Shown here one piece after another: positions 1 to 10,091 of a DNA stretch of 64,000 nt (the first letter of the stretch is position 1; each line of letters begins with the position of its first letter). The DNA is from Rubripirellula sp. Lineage in GTDB: Bacteria > Planctomycetota > Planctomycetia > Pirellulales > Pirellulaceae. The notes beneath the pieces are model-generated. The model was not told the DNA's origin. It searched no databases and was given only the letters and a program-made list of their open reading frames with translations. The position numbers and the translations under genes are program-made. The DNA is taken from assembly GCA_965216875.1 (NCBI GenBank), contig OZ244207.1, forward strand, positions 1,504,001 to 1,568,000, in the 5' to 3' direction.

Positions 1-1
1 G

Positions 2-703
2 TTCGCCGGCCTCGAAGGTGTCACCTTTTTTATTAAGGACGACGAAGGTCGGTTCATGGGCTTCAGTCCCAGTCTCCGGCAGGGGCTCGACTTCGGATTG
101 GAGCAAGACATTCTTGGCCTAACCGATCGTGACCTCTATCCGGTGAGCGTGGCGAAACGCGTGATCGCCGATGACAAGCAGGTGATGGAGTCACGCCAGC
201 CGTTGCTCAATATCGTTGAGTTATTGGTCAACCCAACGCACAATGCGATCGGCTGGTACGTTACCAACAAGTTTCCAGTCGTTGATCAGGACGACAAGGT
301 GATCGGGATCATGGGCACTGTTCAGCACTACGAGGGAAGGCGACGTCGGTTACTGGCTGGCACTCGACTTGATGAAGTGGTCGAGCGTATTCGGCGCAAC
401 CCCGAAGCGCGGCACAAAGTGGATGACCTTGCTCGGCTTGCTGCGATGTCGCCACGCCAACTTGGGCGGCATTTTCAATCGGTCCTCGGAATGTCACCGC
501 GTGATTTCATGATGCTTTGTCGCATGCAAACCGCTTGCGAATTGCTCATTCAGCCGGAGAGTTCGATTTGTGACATCGCGTTGGCAACAGGCTTCTGTGA
601 CCAAAGTGCTTTCGCCCACCAATTTCGCCGCAGCATTGGGATGGCTCCGCTCGAATACCGAAGGCGCTACCAAAACGCCGCCAACGCGCAAATCGGTCGT
701 TAG
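2..703 (+). CDS. PAS-domain AraC-family transcriptional regulator (5' end truncated by window edge)
   Basis: The frame is open from position 2 (FAGLEGVTFFIKDDEGRFM...). It has a PAS-like N-terminus (FFIKD..GRF; GLTDRDLYP; WYVTNKFPV) and a C-terminal AraC double HTH (LARLAAMSPRQLGRHFQ; IALATGFCDQSAFAHQFRRSIGMAPLEYR). Confidence 0.9.
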   Translation, partial: FAGLEGVTFFIKDDEGRFMGFSPSLRQGLDFGLEQDILGLTDRDLYPVSVAKRVIADDKQVMESRQPLLNIVELLVNPTHNAIGWYVTNKFPVVDQDDKVIGIMGTVQHYEGRRRRLLAGTRLDEVVERIRRNPEARHKVDDLARLAAMSPRQLGRHFQSVLGMSPRDFMMLCRMQTACELLIQPESSICDIALATGFCDQSAFAHQFRRSIGMAPLEYRRRYQNAANAQIGR

Positions 704-726
704 TGCCACAACCACTCATCAGTCTT

Positions 727-777
727 CGTGAGCCTCACGGCCGGCGGCTCACGGCCATTGCCTGAGTTGCACAAGAA
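727..777. repeat. Partial copy of repeat family B with an 8-bp-stem hairpin
   Basis: 732-777 matches 51282-51327 at 37/46 nt by manual alignment. CGTGAGCC (727-734) and GGCTCACG (746-753) form a perfect inverted repeat. Confidence 0.7.
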
Positions 778-798
778 AACGCGAGGAGTAAAGAGGTG

Positions 799-870
799 TG
801 TCCGAAAGTTGCCCAAAACTGTCGGATACCTTCAAGATTTTGCGTCTTTTCTCGAGTAGCCTTGTCCCAA
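799..870 (+). promoter_or_regulatory. Candidate AraC-type operator (phased TGTCSSA direct repeats)
   Basis: TGTCCGA at 799, TGTCGGA at 820 and TGTCCCA at 863 (21- and 43-bp spacing) lie between the AraC gene and the gene at 938. Confidence 0.3.
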
Positions 871-937
871 TCGCACAAAACGCGATTCCCACCACGGCTC
901 TGCTGTCACTGCTACTCCCTCTCTCCGAAAGCGAAGA

Positions 938-2191
938 ATGAAGACCGACGTCCGGCAACTTGAAACCGTCACCACAAACGTCAAAGGGATCGCCGAATCA
1001 GCACTCGAGGCTGGCGGCGGACTTTTGCGTCTCGCGCCGAACTGGGTTCCACGGTCTTTTCTTCAGCCCGGCCTGCGTCTGAAACTCCACCCCGACGATA
1101 CCTATGCGTTTGGTCTCGATCGAGGTGGGATCGATGAGCGCTGGTTTGGCTCGACAACCGAGGCGGCCAACGAAGGTCGCGTTCATGACGAGGGCCTTTC
1201 CTACTGCGTTCATGATGGTCAGCAATTCCTTCTTCGCGATGTCGTGTCCGAACTGCAGGGAACCATCATTGGTGATTCGATTTGGGACACCTACGGCAAG
1301 TGGCCCGTCTACTCGAAGTTCTTTGACAACATGGGGCCGATTCCTCATCACATGCACCAGAACGCCGAACAGGCCGCGTTGGTTGGTCAAGAAGGAAAGC
1401 CCGAGTCGTATTACTTTCCACCGCAGCACAACAACGTTGGCAACAATTTTCCGTACACGTTCATGGGACTCGAGCCGGGTACCACACGCGCCCAGTTGCG
1501 ACGTTGCATCGAGGACTGGAACAAGGGTGACAACGGGATTCGCTATTTGACGCGCGCCTACATGCTCAAGCCGGGAACCGGTTGGTTGATCCCACCCTGT
1601 GTGTTGCACGCACCGGGTTCACTTTGCACCTATGAACCGCAATGGGGCAGCGATGTCTTTGGGATGTATCAAAACCTTGTCGAGGGCCGCGAAGTTCCTT
1701 GGTCGTTGCTCGTTAAAGACATGCCTGAGGAGAAACACCAGGATATCGATTTCATCATCGACCAACTTGATTGGGAGCGGAACCTCGACCCGAACTTTAA
1801 AGACAATCACTACCTTGAACCGATCGTCGACACCGAAGACGACGCTCATGCGGATCGCTGGATTGTCTACGGTCGCATTGAATCACGCCAATACTTCTCG
1901 GCCAAAGAGTTGACCGTTCGCCCCGGCGGCTCCGTGACGATTCACGACAAGGGTGCAAGCTCGATCATCGTGACCCAAGGCAAAGGGCGAATCAACGACA
2001 TGGTGTTGACTTGCCCGCGCCTGATTCGATTCAACGATTTGACGCAAGACGAAGTCTTCGTGACCGCGGCTGCAGCCACGGCTGGTGTGACTTATGAAAA
2101 CACATCAGACACCGAAGACCTGGTTTTGCTTCGCTATTTCGGACCCGAGGTTAACCCGAACGCACCCGAAGTGGGAAGCTACGCAAGGTAA
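938..2191 (+). CDS. Cupin-fold protein, mannose-6-phosphate-isomerase-like (conserved hypothetical)
   Basis: 417-aa ORF with cupin metal motifs PHHMH...GKPESYY and VLHAPG...EPQ, plus a second cupin-like C-terminal barrel. Substrate unknown. Confidence 0.65.
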   Translation: MKTDVRQLETVTTNVKGIAESALEAGGGLLRLAPNWVPRSFLQPGLRLKLHPDDTYAFGLDRGGIDERWFGSTTEAANEGRVHDEGLSYCVHDGQQFLLRDVVSELQGTIIGDSIWDTYGKWPVYSKFFDNMGPIPHHMHQNAEQAALVGQEGKPESYYFPPQHNNVGNNFPYTFMGLEPGTTRAQLRRCIEDWNKGDNGIRYLTRAYMLKPGTGWLIPPCVLHAPGSLCTYEPQWGSDVFGMYQNLVEGREVPWSLLVKDMPEEKHQDIDFIIDQLDWERNLDPNFKDNHYLEPIVDTEDDAHADRWIVYGRIESRQYFSAKELTVRPGGSVTIHDKGASSIIVTQGKGRINDMVLTCPRLIRFNDLTQDEVFVTAAAATAGVTYENTSDTEDLVLLRYFGPEVNPNAPEVGSYAR

Positions 2192-2199
2192 CGACCCTC

Positions 2200-2313
2200 G
2201 TCGCCCGGCGCTCCGTTGAAAGTCGCGTTTCCGGCAACACTGTCGCTCGTGCGATCGTAGCGGACACTCACGAGAAGGCATGCTGACGCTACTTTCGCGG
2301 AGCGAAAGGCGAC
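2200..2313. repeat. Repeat family C doublet (REP-like GCTACTTTCGCGGAGCGAAAGGCGAC)
   Basis: The 26-mer at 2288-2313 is identical to 27863-27888 and folds as CTTTCGC-GGA-GCGAAAG. A degenerate inverted partner lies at 2200-2226 and a decayed direct copy at about 2321-2340. Confidence 0.8.
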
Positions 2314-2366
2314 GTTCACAACCTCGGAACGAAGGGCGACATCATTGCTACGAAGGAGATAGGAAG

Positions 2367-4256
2367 ATGATCCGTTTGGGCTTTCTCGCAATCGTTGCCT
2401 TTGTGTCTGTTCTCGGAGCGACCGAGAGCTTTGCGGAACCCGATACGCTGCCGCCGATCGAGAAAGCTCCCTCGAGCTATACCGAGCTATGGGCTGGCTT
2501 TGATCCGCGCGCTGAGCCACTTGAAACCGAAGTGCTTGGGCAGTGGGAAGAAGACGGCGTCGTCTTGAGAGTGGTGCGGTTTCGCATCGGCGTGTTCAAA
2601 GGGCAAAAGGCGACGCTTGCGGGCGTCTATGGCCATCCGAAAGATGGCACGCGACTTCCCGGGTTGTTGCAAATCCATGGGGGTGGCCAATACGCCGACG
2701 CGAAGGCTTGCCTTCTGAATGCCAAACGTGGCTACGCAACTTTGTCGATCGCCTGGGCTGGCCGCATCAGTTCCTCGAAGTATCGGCTTGGTCCCAACGA
2801 AGTGAAGTTGTTTTGGGAAGGTGATCGCGACAATCCCAACTATCGGGCGACGACGGATTGGGGCGCCGTCGATGGTTATCACGCTCCGTCACGCAACCCA
2901 GGAAACGTCTTCCCAAGTGCGAAGGCGGCGCCGTGGACGATCGACGAAATTGAATCAGCGCGAAATAGCGGCTGGTTTCTTTGCGCATTGGCCGCGCGCC
3001 GTGCGTTGACTTTCTTGGAACAGCAGCCCGAAGTCGATCGAGATCGACTCGGCGTCTACGGCCATTCGATGGGCGGTAAGTTAACGGTGATGACGGCGCC
3101 CGATCCTCGGGTCAAAGTCGCAGCACCCTCATGCGGTGGGATTAGCGATCGGTACAACGAGAGTGAGATCTTTCGCGCAGGGCTCGGTGATGACGTGAGC
3201 TTGAAGGAGATCACCTGCCCAATCATTTTCTTGAGCCCAGCGAACGATTTTCACGGACGACTGGGCGACCTCCCGAAAGCGATCGCGGAAATTCAAAGCA
3301 GCCAATGGCGCGTCACCTGCTCGCCCCACCACAATCACCAAGACACCGCCGAATACGAGGCGGCAACGATGGTTTGGTTTGATCACTACCTCAAAGGTTC
3401 CGGCGCCATCCCCCAGGCACCCGAACTGACCATCCGTTTCGAGCAGCAGGCCGGCCTCGAGCCGGCTGTCGCGACACCCGTCGCGACGATCAAAATCGAC
3501 GATCGTTTGCCCATCGAATCGGTCGACCTCTTCTACAGCCAAGACGGCAAGGACAACGAGCAGCCGTCCGATCGTGACGACGTGGTTCACCGGTTTTGGC
3601 ATCACGCTTCGGCTACATTGCAAGATGGACGTTGGCAAGGTTCGTTGCCGGACGTGGCGAGTGATCGCCCGCTTTGGGTTTACGCGAATGTCGTTTACGA
3701 ACTTTCCGAACCGGTCTCGGGCGCCGGCTACTATTACCGGCCCTACGTCACCGACACGTTCAACCTTTCGTCACTCCTTGTTTCGATTTCGCCTGACGCA
3801 CTCGAAAAGGCGAAGGTGCAACCGTCAATTGCCGCGACACGATTGATCGATGACTTCGAAGGGGATTGGCGCAAAGAATGGTTCAGCTACCGGCCCGACG
3901 ATTGGGCGCTCACAACAAATAAACCGAACACAATTCCCTTTCGCGCGGGCGACGCGGACGCGTTGGTGTTGGAAACACGATCCGAGCAAGCCAATGCCTT
4001 CGTCGTGGTGTCGGGAGATTTTGCCGCCGAGGTGCAATTGGTAGGTGGCAACGAGTGGCAGCGTGTGAAGCTGTCGGCGGATGACTTTCGGAACATCGAT
4101 GACGAGCCGCTTGGAGATTTAGAATCTGTCAGGCAGGTTAAGTTTTGCGCGAGCCATCGTTTGAGGTCGAAGGGTGGGGGACGCAATGAAACCAAACTTG
4201 TCGGAGGCCAGTGGAATGGGCCTCCACCCGAGTACCGTCAATTGCGATGGGAGTGA
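2367..4256 (+). CDS. Secreted alpha/beta hydrolase (dienelactone hydrolase/esterase-like) with C-terminal carbohydrate-binding-like domain
   Basis: ATG 2367 follows GGAGATAGGA and begins a signal peptide (MIRLGFLAIVAF...ESFA). Contains HGGG, nucleophile elbow GHSMGG, and Asp/His candidates (ANDFHG, PHHNH). Confidence 0.8.
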   Translation: MIRLGFLAIVAFVSVLGATESFAEPDTLPPIEKAPSSYTELWAGFDPRAEPLETEVLGQWEEDGVVLRVVRFRIGVFKGQKATLAGVYGHPKDGTRLPGLLQIHGGGQYADAKACLLNAKRGYATLSIAWAGRISSSKYRLGPNEVKLFWEGDRDNPNYRATTDWGAVDGYHAPSRNPGNVFPSAKAAPWTIDEIESARNSGWFLCALAARRALTFLEQQPEVDRDRLGVYGHSMGGKLTVMTAPDPRVKVAAPSCGGISDRYNESEIFRAGLGDDVSLKEITCPIIFLSPANDFHGRLGDLPKAIAEIQSSQWRVTCSPHHNHQDTAEYEAATMVWFDHYLKGSGAIPQAPELTIRFEQQAGLEPAVATPVATIKIDDRLPIESVDLFYSQDGKDNEQPSDRDDVVHRFWHHASATLQDGRWQGSLPDVASDRPLWVYANVVYELSEPVSGAGYYYRPYVTDTFNLSSLLVSISPDALEKAKVQPSIAATRLIDDFEGDWRKEWFSYRPDDWALTTNKPNTIPFRAGDADALVLETRSEQANAFVVVSGDFAAEVQLVGGNEWQRVKLSADDFRNIDDEPLGDLESVRQVKFCASHRLRSKGGGRNETKLVGGQWNGPPPEYRQLRWE

Positions 4257-4370
4257 GTGGGACTTGACGGTTGCACAACCTCCACCACTCCTATCGCCTT
4301 CGAAGGGAATGCACGACAATCTGAGTCTCTTCAAAGTTCAACGACCTGACTCGGATGGCGCTTCTTGACG

Positions 4371-5858
4371 ATGTGTTCCTTCAATCGGCTTCCAACGTTC
4401 TTGTTGTGTTTGATTTGGGTTGGCGCGGCCTGCAATGTTACATCGGCCGAGAAAATCGCTCCGCTCGCAGCGAGTCGTCCGAACATCATTTTGGTGATGA
4501 CCGACGACACGAGCCCCGCCGAGTATTCGTGTTATGCGACCGATGCTTACCCGGCGGCAAATAAGACACCGTTCATCGACCAAATGGCGTCGGAAGGGAT
4601 TCGCTTCGACTCGTGTTGGGCGACGCCGGTTTGCACTTCAACACGTGCGATGCTGCTGACGGGGAAATTCGGAAGTCGCACGGGGGTTTATGGCCTTGGC
4701 ATTCGTCATGTGAGCCGTGGTTTTGCGGCCAAACACACGCCCATTTCGAAGCATCTCGCAGACGCCGGGTATGCGACCGCGTTTTCAGGCAAGTGGCACC
4801 TTCCCGGTTCTCCTGCCCAACCAACGTACGGCTTCGACACCTATTCAGCACTCGGCGGCTACTTGAATACGTCGGGACCGAACGTCCAATGGGACGGTGA
4901 CTGGTTTTCGTGGGACAAGCCTGCCGAGCAGATTCAAGGATCGGGCGTGATCGGTAAGCGGCATGGGTGGTACCCGTCGCTGTATTGGAATGGATGCGTT
5001 GTCGAAGATGGCCAAGTGGTGCCGAGTGATGCGGACACATACGGGCCCGATTTGAATCAAGCGTTCGTTCTTGACTTCATTGACGATCAAACTTCCGACC
5101 AACCCTTTTTCGTGTACTACGCGTCCGTGTTGACTCACATGCCTTGGGTTGAGACGCCAAGCGTTGACGATCCAAGTGTACGAGTTGGACCGGGAATCAA
5201 GCCCCAGGTTGCCCTTGTCGATAAGCACATGCGACAGCTCGTCGAGCGACTCAAACGCAAGGGGCTGTATGAAAACACGATCATCTTCTTTTGCAGCGAC
5301 AACCCAACGCAAGGTTACGGCAAGGAGGCGTTTTCGGAGTTCGGCGCACGCGTTCCGTTGATCGTCTGCGGTGGTCCCATTGCGGCGCGTCGGCCGTCGA
5401 CAGCGCTGGTGAGTTTGGCCGACTTCTTTCCCACCTTCGTTGAGTTGGCAACGGGTTCAAAACAGCAGGACGAGACGATCGACGGTGTCAGCATGTTGGG
5501 CGTGCTCGAAGGAGACACCGACTCGGCCCGGGAGTGGTGTTTTAGTTTTTGTGACTATGCACGGATGATTCGGACTCAGAGTCACAGCCTCGATGGCCGC
5601 GGCGGCGTTTGGAAAACGCATCCGTCGGGAGACATGCGCGACTATGAACCACTTTCCGAAAACGCCCAAACGGCAGCCATTCGGCAACGGCTGACCGCCT
5701 TGATGGCTCATTTGCCAGAGCCCACCATTCCAGTCGAGAAAGCTCGTCGCGCTCGTTGGTCCAAATGGGACGGACCACCGACGATCGATCAAAACACGTT
5801 GCGTTTGATCCGATGGGGGAACGATTGGATGAACGATCCCCGTCGCCTTGAGCCCTGA
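4371..5858 (+). CDS. Sulfatase-like hydrolase
   Basis: Signal peptide, RPNIILVMTDD, GKWHL and SDN motifs. The modification motif is the variant CTSTR followed by AMLLTG. Alternative start TTG 4365. Confidence 0.9.
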   Translation: MCSFNRLPTFLLCLIWVGAACNVTSAEKIAPLAASRPNIILVMTDDTSPAEYSCYATDAYPAANKTPFIDQMASEGIRFDSCWATPVCTSTRAMLLTGKFGSRTGVYGLGIRHVSRGFAAKHTPISKHLADAGYATAFSGKWHLPGSPAQPTYGFDTYSALGGYLNTSGPNVQWDGDWFSWDKPAEQIQGSGVIGKRHGWYPSLYWNGCVVEDGQVVPSDADTYGPDLNQAFVLDFIDDQTSDQPFFVYYASVLTHMPWVETPSVDDPSVRVGPGIKPQVALVDKHMRQLVERLKRKGLYENTIIFFCSDNPTQGYGKEAFSEFGARVPLIVCGGPIAARRPSTALVSLADFFPTFVELATGSKQQDETIDGVSMLGVLEGDTDSAREWCFSFCDYARMIRTQSHSLDGRGGVWKTHPSGDMRDYEPLSENAQTAAIRQRLTALMAHLPEPTIPVEKARRARWSKWDGPPTIDQNTLRLIRWGNDWMNDPRRLEP

Positions 5859-6026
5859 TGCCCAGTGCCGGAAGCTTTGGCGTCCGCTATCTCGAAACTG
5901 GTAACAGATCTCAGAGGGCTCGCCGCGTCTTCTCATAGCCCTGTTGATGATTGACGTTAGGATGGGCCTGCGAAGGTCTTGGTAGAGACGATCGCAAAGC
6001 ACGTCACACGAGTCGGAGGTCTTGGA

Positions 6027-7595
6027 ATGGATCGGTGTTTACTTCTTTTGGCAATCGTTGCACTTGCGCCGAGTCTGCCAAAGGCCACCGCGGCGGAGCG
6101 TCCCAATGTGGTCATCATCATGGCCGACGATATGGGTTACTCCGATATTGGATGCTACGGTGGTGAGATTCAGACGCCGAACCTGGATCGTCTTGCCGCG
6201 AACGGATTGAGGTTCACTCAGTTCTACAATACGGCTCGTTGTTGCCCGACGCGAGCGGCGTTGTTGACCGGATTGCATCAGCATCAAACCGGCATCGGCG
6301 CGATGACCGAAACGCCCAAGGGGCCACGCGACGATGCTCGGCCAGCGTACCAGGGCTATTTGAATCGCAACTGTGTGACGATGGCCGAAGTGCTCGGCGC
6401 ATCGGGGTATCACACTTACATGGCGGGCAAGTGGCACCTTGGATACCACGGCAAAGAAAAGTGGCCGCGGCAACGTGGGTTTGATCGCTTCTACGGCGCG
6501 ATCGCTGGCGCGACCAGTTACTTCATACCTCAAGGTGGCCGAGGCGTCACGCTTGACAACCAGAATCTCGAACCGCCGACCGATCCCGACTACTACACGA
6601 CCGACGCCTTCACCGATTATGCGATCGAATTCTTGGGCGAGCAAAGTGATGATCGCCCCTTCTTCCTTTACCTCGCTTACACCGCTCCTCATTGGCCGCT
6701 TCACGCTCGCGAGGCAGAGATCGCCAAGTACGTTGGCAGCTACCGCGATATCGGATGGGACAAGCTGCGCGAGCAACGGCTGAGACGGCAAAAGCAACTG
6801 GGCATCGTCGATGATTCCGTTGAATTGCCCACCCGCGACGAGGGTGCGCGGCCATGGGTTGAATTGAACGACAAGCAAAAGGACCAGCTCGACTATCGCA
6901 TGGCCGTCTACGCCGCGATGGTGGACCGGATGGACCAGAACATTGGCCGCGTCGTCCAATGGCTACAAGAACACGATCAGCTCGATAACACACTTCTGCT
7001 GTTCCTCAGTGACAACGGCGGTTGCGCCGAGCCCTACAAGGACCTTGGTGGCGGCAAGTTTTCCGACATCAACAATCCAAACCAATCAGGCGCCATCAGT
7101 TACGGACAGGGCTGGGCCAACGCCAGCAACACGCCCTTTCGCAAGTTCAAAGTCTTTAGTCACGAAGGTGGTATTTCGACGCCGTTGATTGCTCACTGGC
7201 CAGCTGGGCTCAAATCCAATCCGGGTGCAATCACCAGCGCGCCTGCTCAATTGATTGACTTGATGCCAACGGTCCTTGATGCGTGTGGCGCGAGTTATCC
7301 GAAAACGTTTGCTGGGCACAAGATTCACCCTTTGGAAGGTGTGAGCCTTGGGACAACCCTTGCGGGCAAAAAACGGAAGCAAGCTGAATGGATGTATTGG
7401 GAACACGCGGGGCATGCCGCAGTCCGCCATGGCGATTTCAAAGCACTCCTGCCGAGACGAACCAAGGCATGGCAACTCTACGATCTAGCCATCGATCGCC
7501 AGGAACAAAACGACCTTGCTTCCGAAAAGCCGGAGTTGACGAAAACGATGGCCGCGCAATGGGAACGTTGGGCAAAAACGCACGGCGTCAAGTAA
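6027..7595 (+). CDS. Arylsulfatase (formylglycine-dependent)
   Basis: GGAGG at 6015 precedes ATG 6027. Contains RPNVVIIMADD, canonical CCPTRAALLTG, GKWHLG, YTAPHWP and SDNG. Confidence 0.95.
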   Translation: MDRCLLLLAIVALAPSLPKATAAERPNVVIIMADDMGYSDIGCYGGEIQTPNLDRLAANGLRFTQFYNTARCCPTRAALLTGLHQHQTGIGAMTETPKGPRDDARPAYQGYLNRNCVTMAEVLGASGYHTYMAGKWHLGYHGKEKWPRQRGFDRFYGAIAGATSYFIPQGGRGVTLDNQNLEPPTDPDYYTTDAFTDYAIEFLGEQSDDRPFFLYLAYTAPHWPLHAREAEIAKYVGSYRDIGWDKLREQRLRRQKQLGIVDDSVELPTRDEGARPWVELNDKQKDQLDYRMAVYAAMVDRMDQNIGRVVQWLQEHDQLDNTLLLFLSDNGGCAEPYKDLGGGKFSDINNPNQSGAISYGQGWANASNTPFRKFKVFSHEGGISTPLIAHWPAGLKSNPGAITSAPAQLIDLMPTVLDACGASYPKTFAGHKIHPLEGVSLGTTLAGKKRKQAEWMYWEHAGHAAVRHGDFKALLPRRTKAWQLYDLAIDRQEQNDLASEKPELTKTMAAQWERWAKTHGVK

Positions 7596-7821
7596 CGTGT
7601 GTGCTTGCACGCACTGAGCCAGAGCCAGTTGCCGATCTCGAAACGGAGCCGATCTCAGCAGGGGGCTTGCGAGTTGAGTGTCGCCGGTTCGACTGAAAAG
7701 TAGTTGATCAGGTACACCCGGTCATTGCCGGCAAACGCCTCTACCTACGCGAGCAGGACCAATTGCATTGCTACGACATCTCGGCAGCGCCATAGAATCG
7801 GTCGCGAGCGAGGCATGCGTC

Positions 7822-8967
7822 TTAGCAGAGGGCGGCTTCGCGTTCGGTTGCCACTGGATCACTGAACTCGTTTTCAATTTCCAGGATGGTGTCCAGCGCG
7901 GCGACAAATGCATCGACGACGTGAGGGTCGAAATGACTTCCCGCGTCGTTTTGGATGATGCCGATCGATTTTTCGATCGAGAATGGCTGTTTGTACGGGC
8001 GCTCGCTGCGCAGGGCATCGTAAACGTCGGCAACGGCAACGATGCGGCCAACCAAGGGGATTGCTTGTCCAGCCAAACCGTTCGGGTATCCCTGGCCGTT
8101 CCATTTTTCGTGATGAGAGGCCGCAATGGTTGCGGCAAGCTCAACGACTGGATTCGCGATTTGACCGCGTGCACTTACGCCCAAGCCTGGCGCGCAGCCT
8201 GCGGCGACACTCGAGAACCGACATGGATCCGTGAGAATCGCGACACCAATGTCACAGTGGGAGCGCATCACCGACCACTGCTCGTCGGAGAGTTTTCCCG
8301 GTTTGAGTAGGACGGAGTCAGGAATACCGATCTTTCCGATGTCATGTAGCGGCGCGGCCAAGAAAAGGTCATCAGCCAGCGATTGCTCGAGGCCCATCTC
8401 TTCGGCGATCACTTTCGCGTAGCTTCCCACGCGAACGACGTGGTTCCCGGTTTCTTCGTCCCGATATTCGGCCGCTTTCCCAAGCCGCCAAATGATGTCG
8501 ATCTGTGAGAACGCGAGCTCGGCGGTTCGTTCTTTCACCCGGCGCTCGAGAATCTGGTTGTGGTCTTTGAGTTGGTCCAAGCAGTCCTTGAGCCTCAGCG
8601 AAGAGCGGATGCGGGCGACAAGTTCGTCAATGTCGACTGGCTTGTTCAGCAAATCGTCGGCGCTTCGATCAAGGGCTCGGCGTTTGAGTTCGCGGTCCGC
8701 TTCGCCAGTCACGATCACAAAAGGAATGTCAGCCGTCTTTGGATTGTTCTTAACTGCTTCAAGAAGCTCCAATCCCGTCATGCCCGGCATTCGGACATCA
8801 GAGATGATTGTGTCATAGGCGGTTTGGCGAATCTGCTCGAGTGCATCGATGGGGCAGCTGCAAAAATCGAGCTGCCATTTTTGTCGAAACTCACGAAGTG
8901 ATCGCTCATAGGCTTTCAGCACATTGGGTTCGTCATCAACAAAAAGAATGCGTTTGCGGTTGATCAT
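7822..8967 (-). CDS. Response regulator with HD-GYP c-di-GMP phosphodiesterase domain
   Basis: REC domain (LFVDDE, SDVRMP, KP) followed by ETGNHVVRV, PLHDIGKIG, HHEKWNGQGYPNGL and ADVYDALRSERPYK. Confidence 0.95.
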   Translation of the reverse strand: MINRKRILFVDDEPNVLKAYERSLREFRQKWQLDFCSCPIDALEQIRQTAYDTIISDVRMPGMTGLELLEAVKNNPKTADIPFVIVTGEADRELKRRALDRSADDLLNKPVDIDELVARIRSSLRLKDCLDQLKDHNQILERRVKERTAELAFSQIDIIWRLGKAAEYRDEETGNHVVRVGSYAKVIAEEMGLEQSLADDLFLAAPLHDIGKIGIPDSVLLKPGKLSDEQWSVMRSHCDIGVAILTDPCRFSSVAAGCAPGLGVSARGQIANPVVELAATIAASHHEKWNGQGYPNGLAGQAIPLVGRIVAVADVYDALRSERPYKQPFSIEKSIGIIQNDAGSHFDPHVVDAFVAALDTILEIENEFSDPVATEREAALC

Positions 8968-10091
8968 GCGTTGACTGGCTCAAGGTTACTCGGATTTCGA
9001 ATCGTTCGAACCAAGATTGGTTCACGCACGCCGCTGGCGGATTGCCTGACAACCTGCAATTTCTGTAGCATCGCTTCATGGACTTCGTTGCCCGCAGCGA
9101 CAAGGACACGTCCTTCCTGGTCTTCCACATGCGATTCCAAGACCATGCCAACTTTCAGGTCGGCAACGGCGACCTCGACAACGTCTTCGGGTTCCGAAGT
9201 TACCTCTTTCAGAGCGGCCAATACCTGTGGATCGTATGCCGGGTCATTGCTCAGGTGCTCGATCGCCATTTCGTTGGTCCATTTCACAACCAAACGCTGG
9301 TAGTCGCCGACTGCCTTCAGGATGCGTGACGCAATGGGCGTCTCTTCTGTGGGGGCTGCGTTTTGCTTTGCAATGATCTCTGCGACGGGCTTAAGACGGG
9401 GAATGGCTGCGATCAGCTCGCTGCCCGAACTGGGCGTACTGCCGACAAGGTCAGCCTCTTCGTCACTAAGGGGTTCGTTGCGCAAATAACGAACGAGCAA
9501 GTCTTGGGGGACAGAAACACAGCCGAGCCGCATCAGCATCGATGCCATTTCGATCTGCCACGCCGGTCCAACGCCGATGCGCGTTGCGATATCGGTCGTC
9601 AAGCGACGTGTTTCTTGGCACATGCCAAAGGCTTCGGGGATTGCCAAAGATAGAACCTGTGTCAGCACCTGGACGCTACCGGCAAGAGTGCTGTTGAGCA
9701 GCTCGGCCTCGGCGGTGATCAGTCGGTACTGTTCCAATCCGGCATCAATCGCTTGGGCGAGTGCTTCGGGTGGGCAGGGTTTGTTCAGGAATCGAAAGAT
9801 GTTTCCTTCGTTAACGGCATCGACTGCAGTTTTTTGATCCGCGTTGCCGGTGAGCATCATGCGCACGGTTTGCGGGGATCGTTCTCGAACCTTTAAAAGC
9901 AATTCGACGCCAGACATTTCGGGCATTTGCATGTCCGATACGACCACGGCGAAAGGCCCGCCTGTGTTGAGAGCTTCCAGCGCTTCGTGGCCACCCACGG
10001 CGAGCGTCAGGTCAAACCGTTTGCGCAGATGACGCTTGAAACCTTTGAGGACATTGGGTTCGTCATCGACGAGCAAGATCTTTGGCGTCAT
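8964..10091 (-). CDS. Response regulator with degenerate HD/HD-GYP-like output domain
   Basis: Intact REC domain (LLVDDE, SDMQMP, KP). In the HD-like region HDIGK is replaced by MRLGC and the GYP segment is absent. ATGA overlaps at both ends. Confidence 0.85.
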   Translation of the reverse strand: MTPKILLVDDEPNVLKGFKRHLRKRFDLTLAVGGHEALEALNTGGPFAVVVSDMQMPEMSGVELLLKVRERSPQTVRMMLTGNADQKTAVDAVNEGNIFRFLNKPCPPEALAQAIDAGLEQYRLITAEAELLNSTLAGSVQVLTQVLSLAIPEAFGMCQETRRLTTDIATRIGVGPAWQIEMASMLMRLGCVSVPQDLLVRYLRNEPLSDEEADLVGSTPSSGSELIAAIPRLKPVAEIIAKQNAAPTEETPIASRILKAVGDYQRLVVKWTNEMAIEHLSNDPAYDPQVLAALKEVTSEPEDVVEVAVADLKVGMVLESHVEDQEGRVLVAAGNEVHEAMLQKLQVVRQSASGVREPILVRTIRNPSNLEPVNA

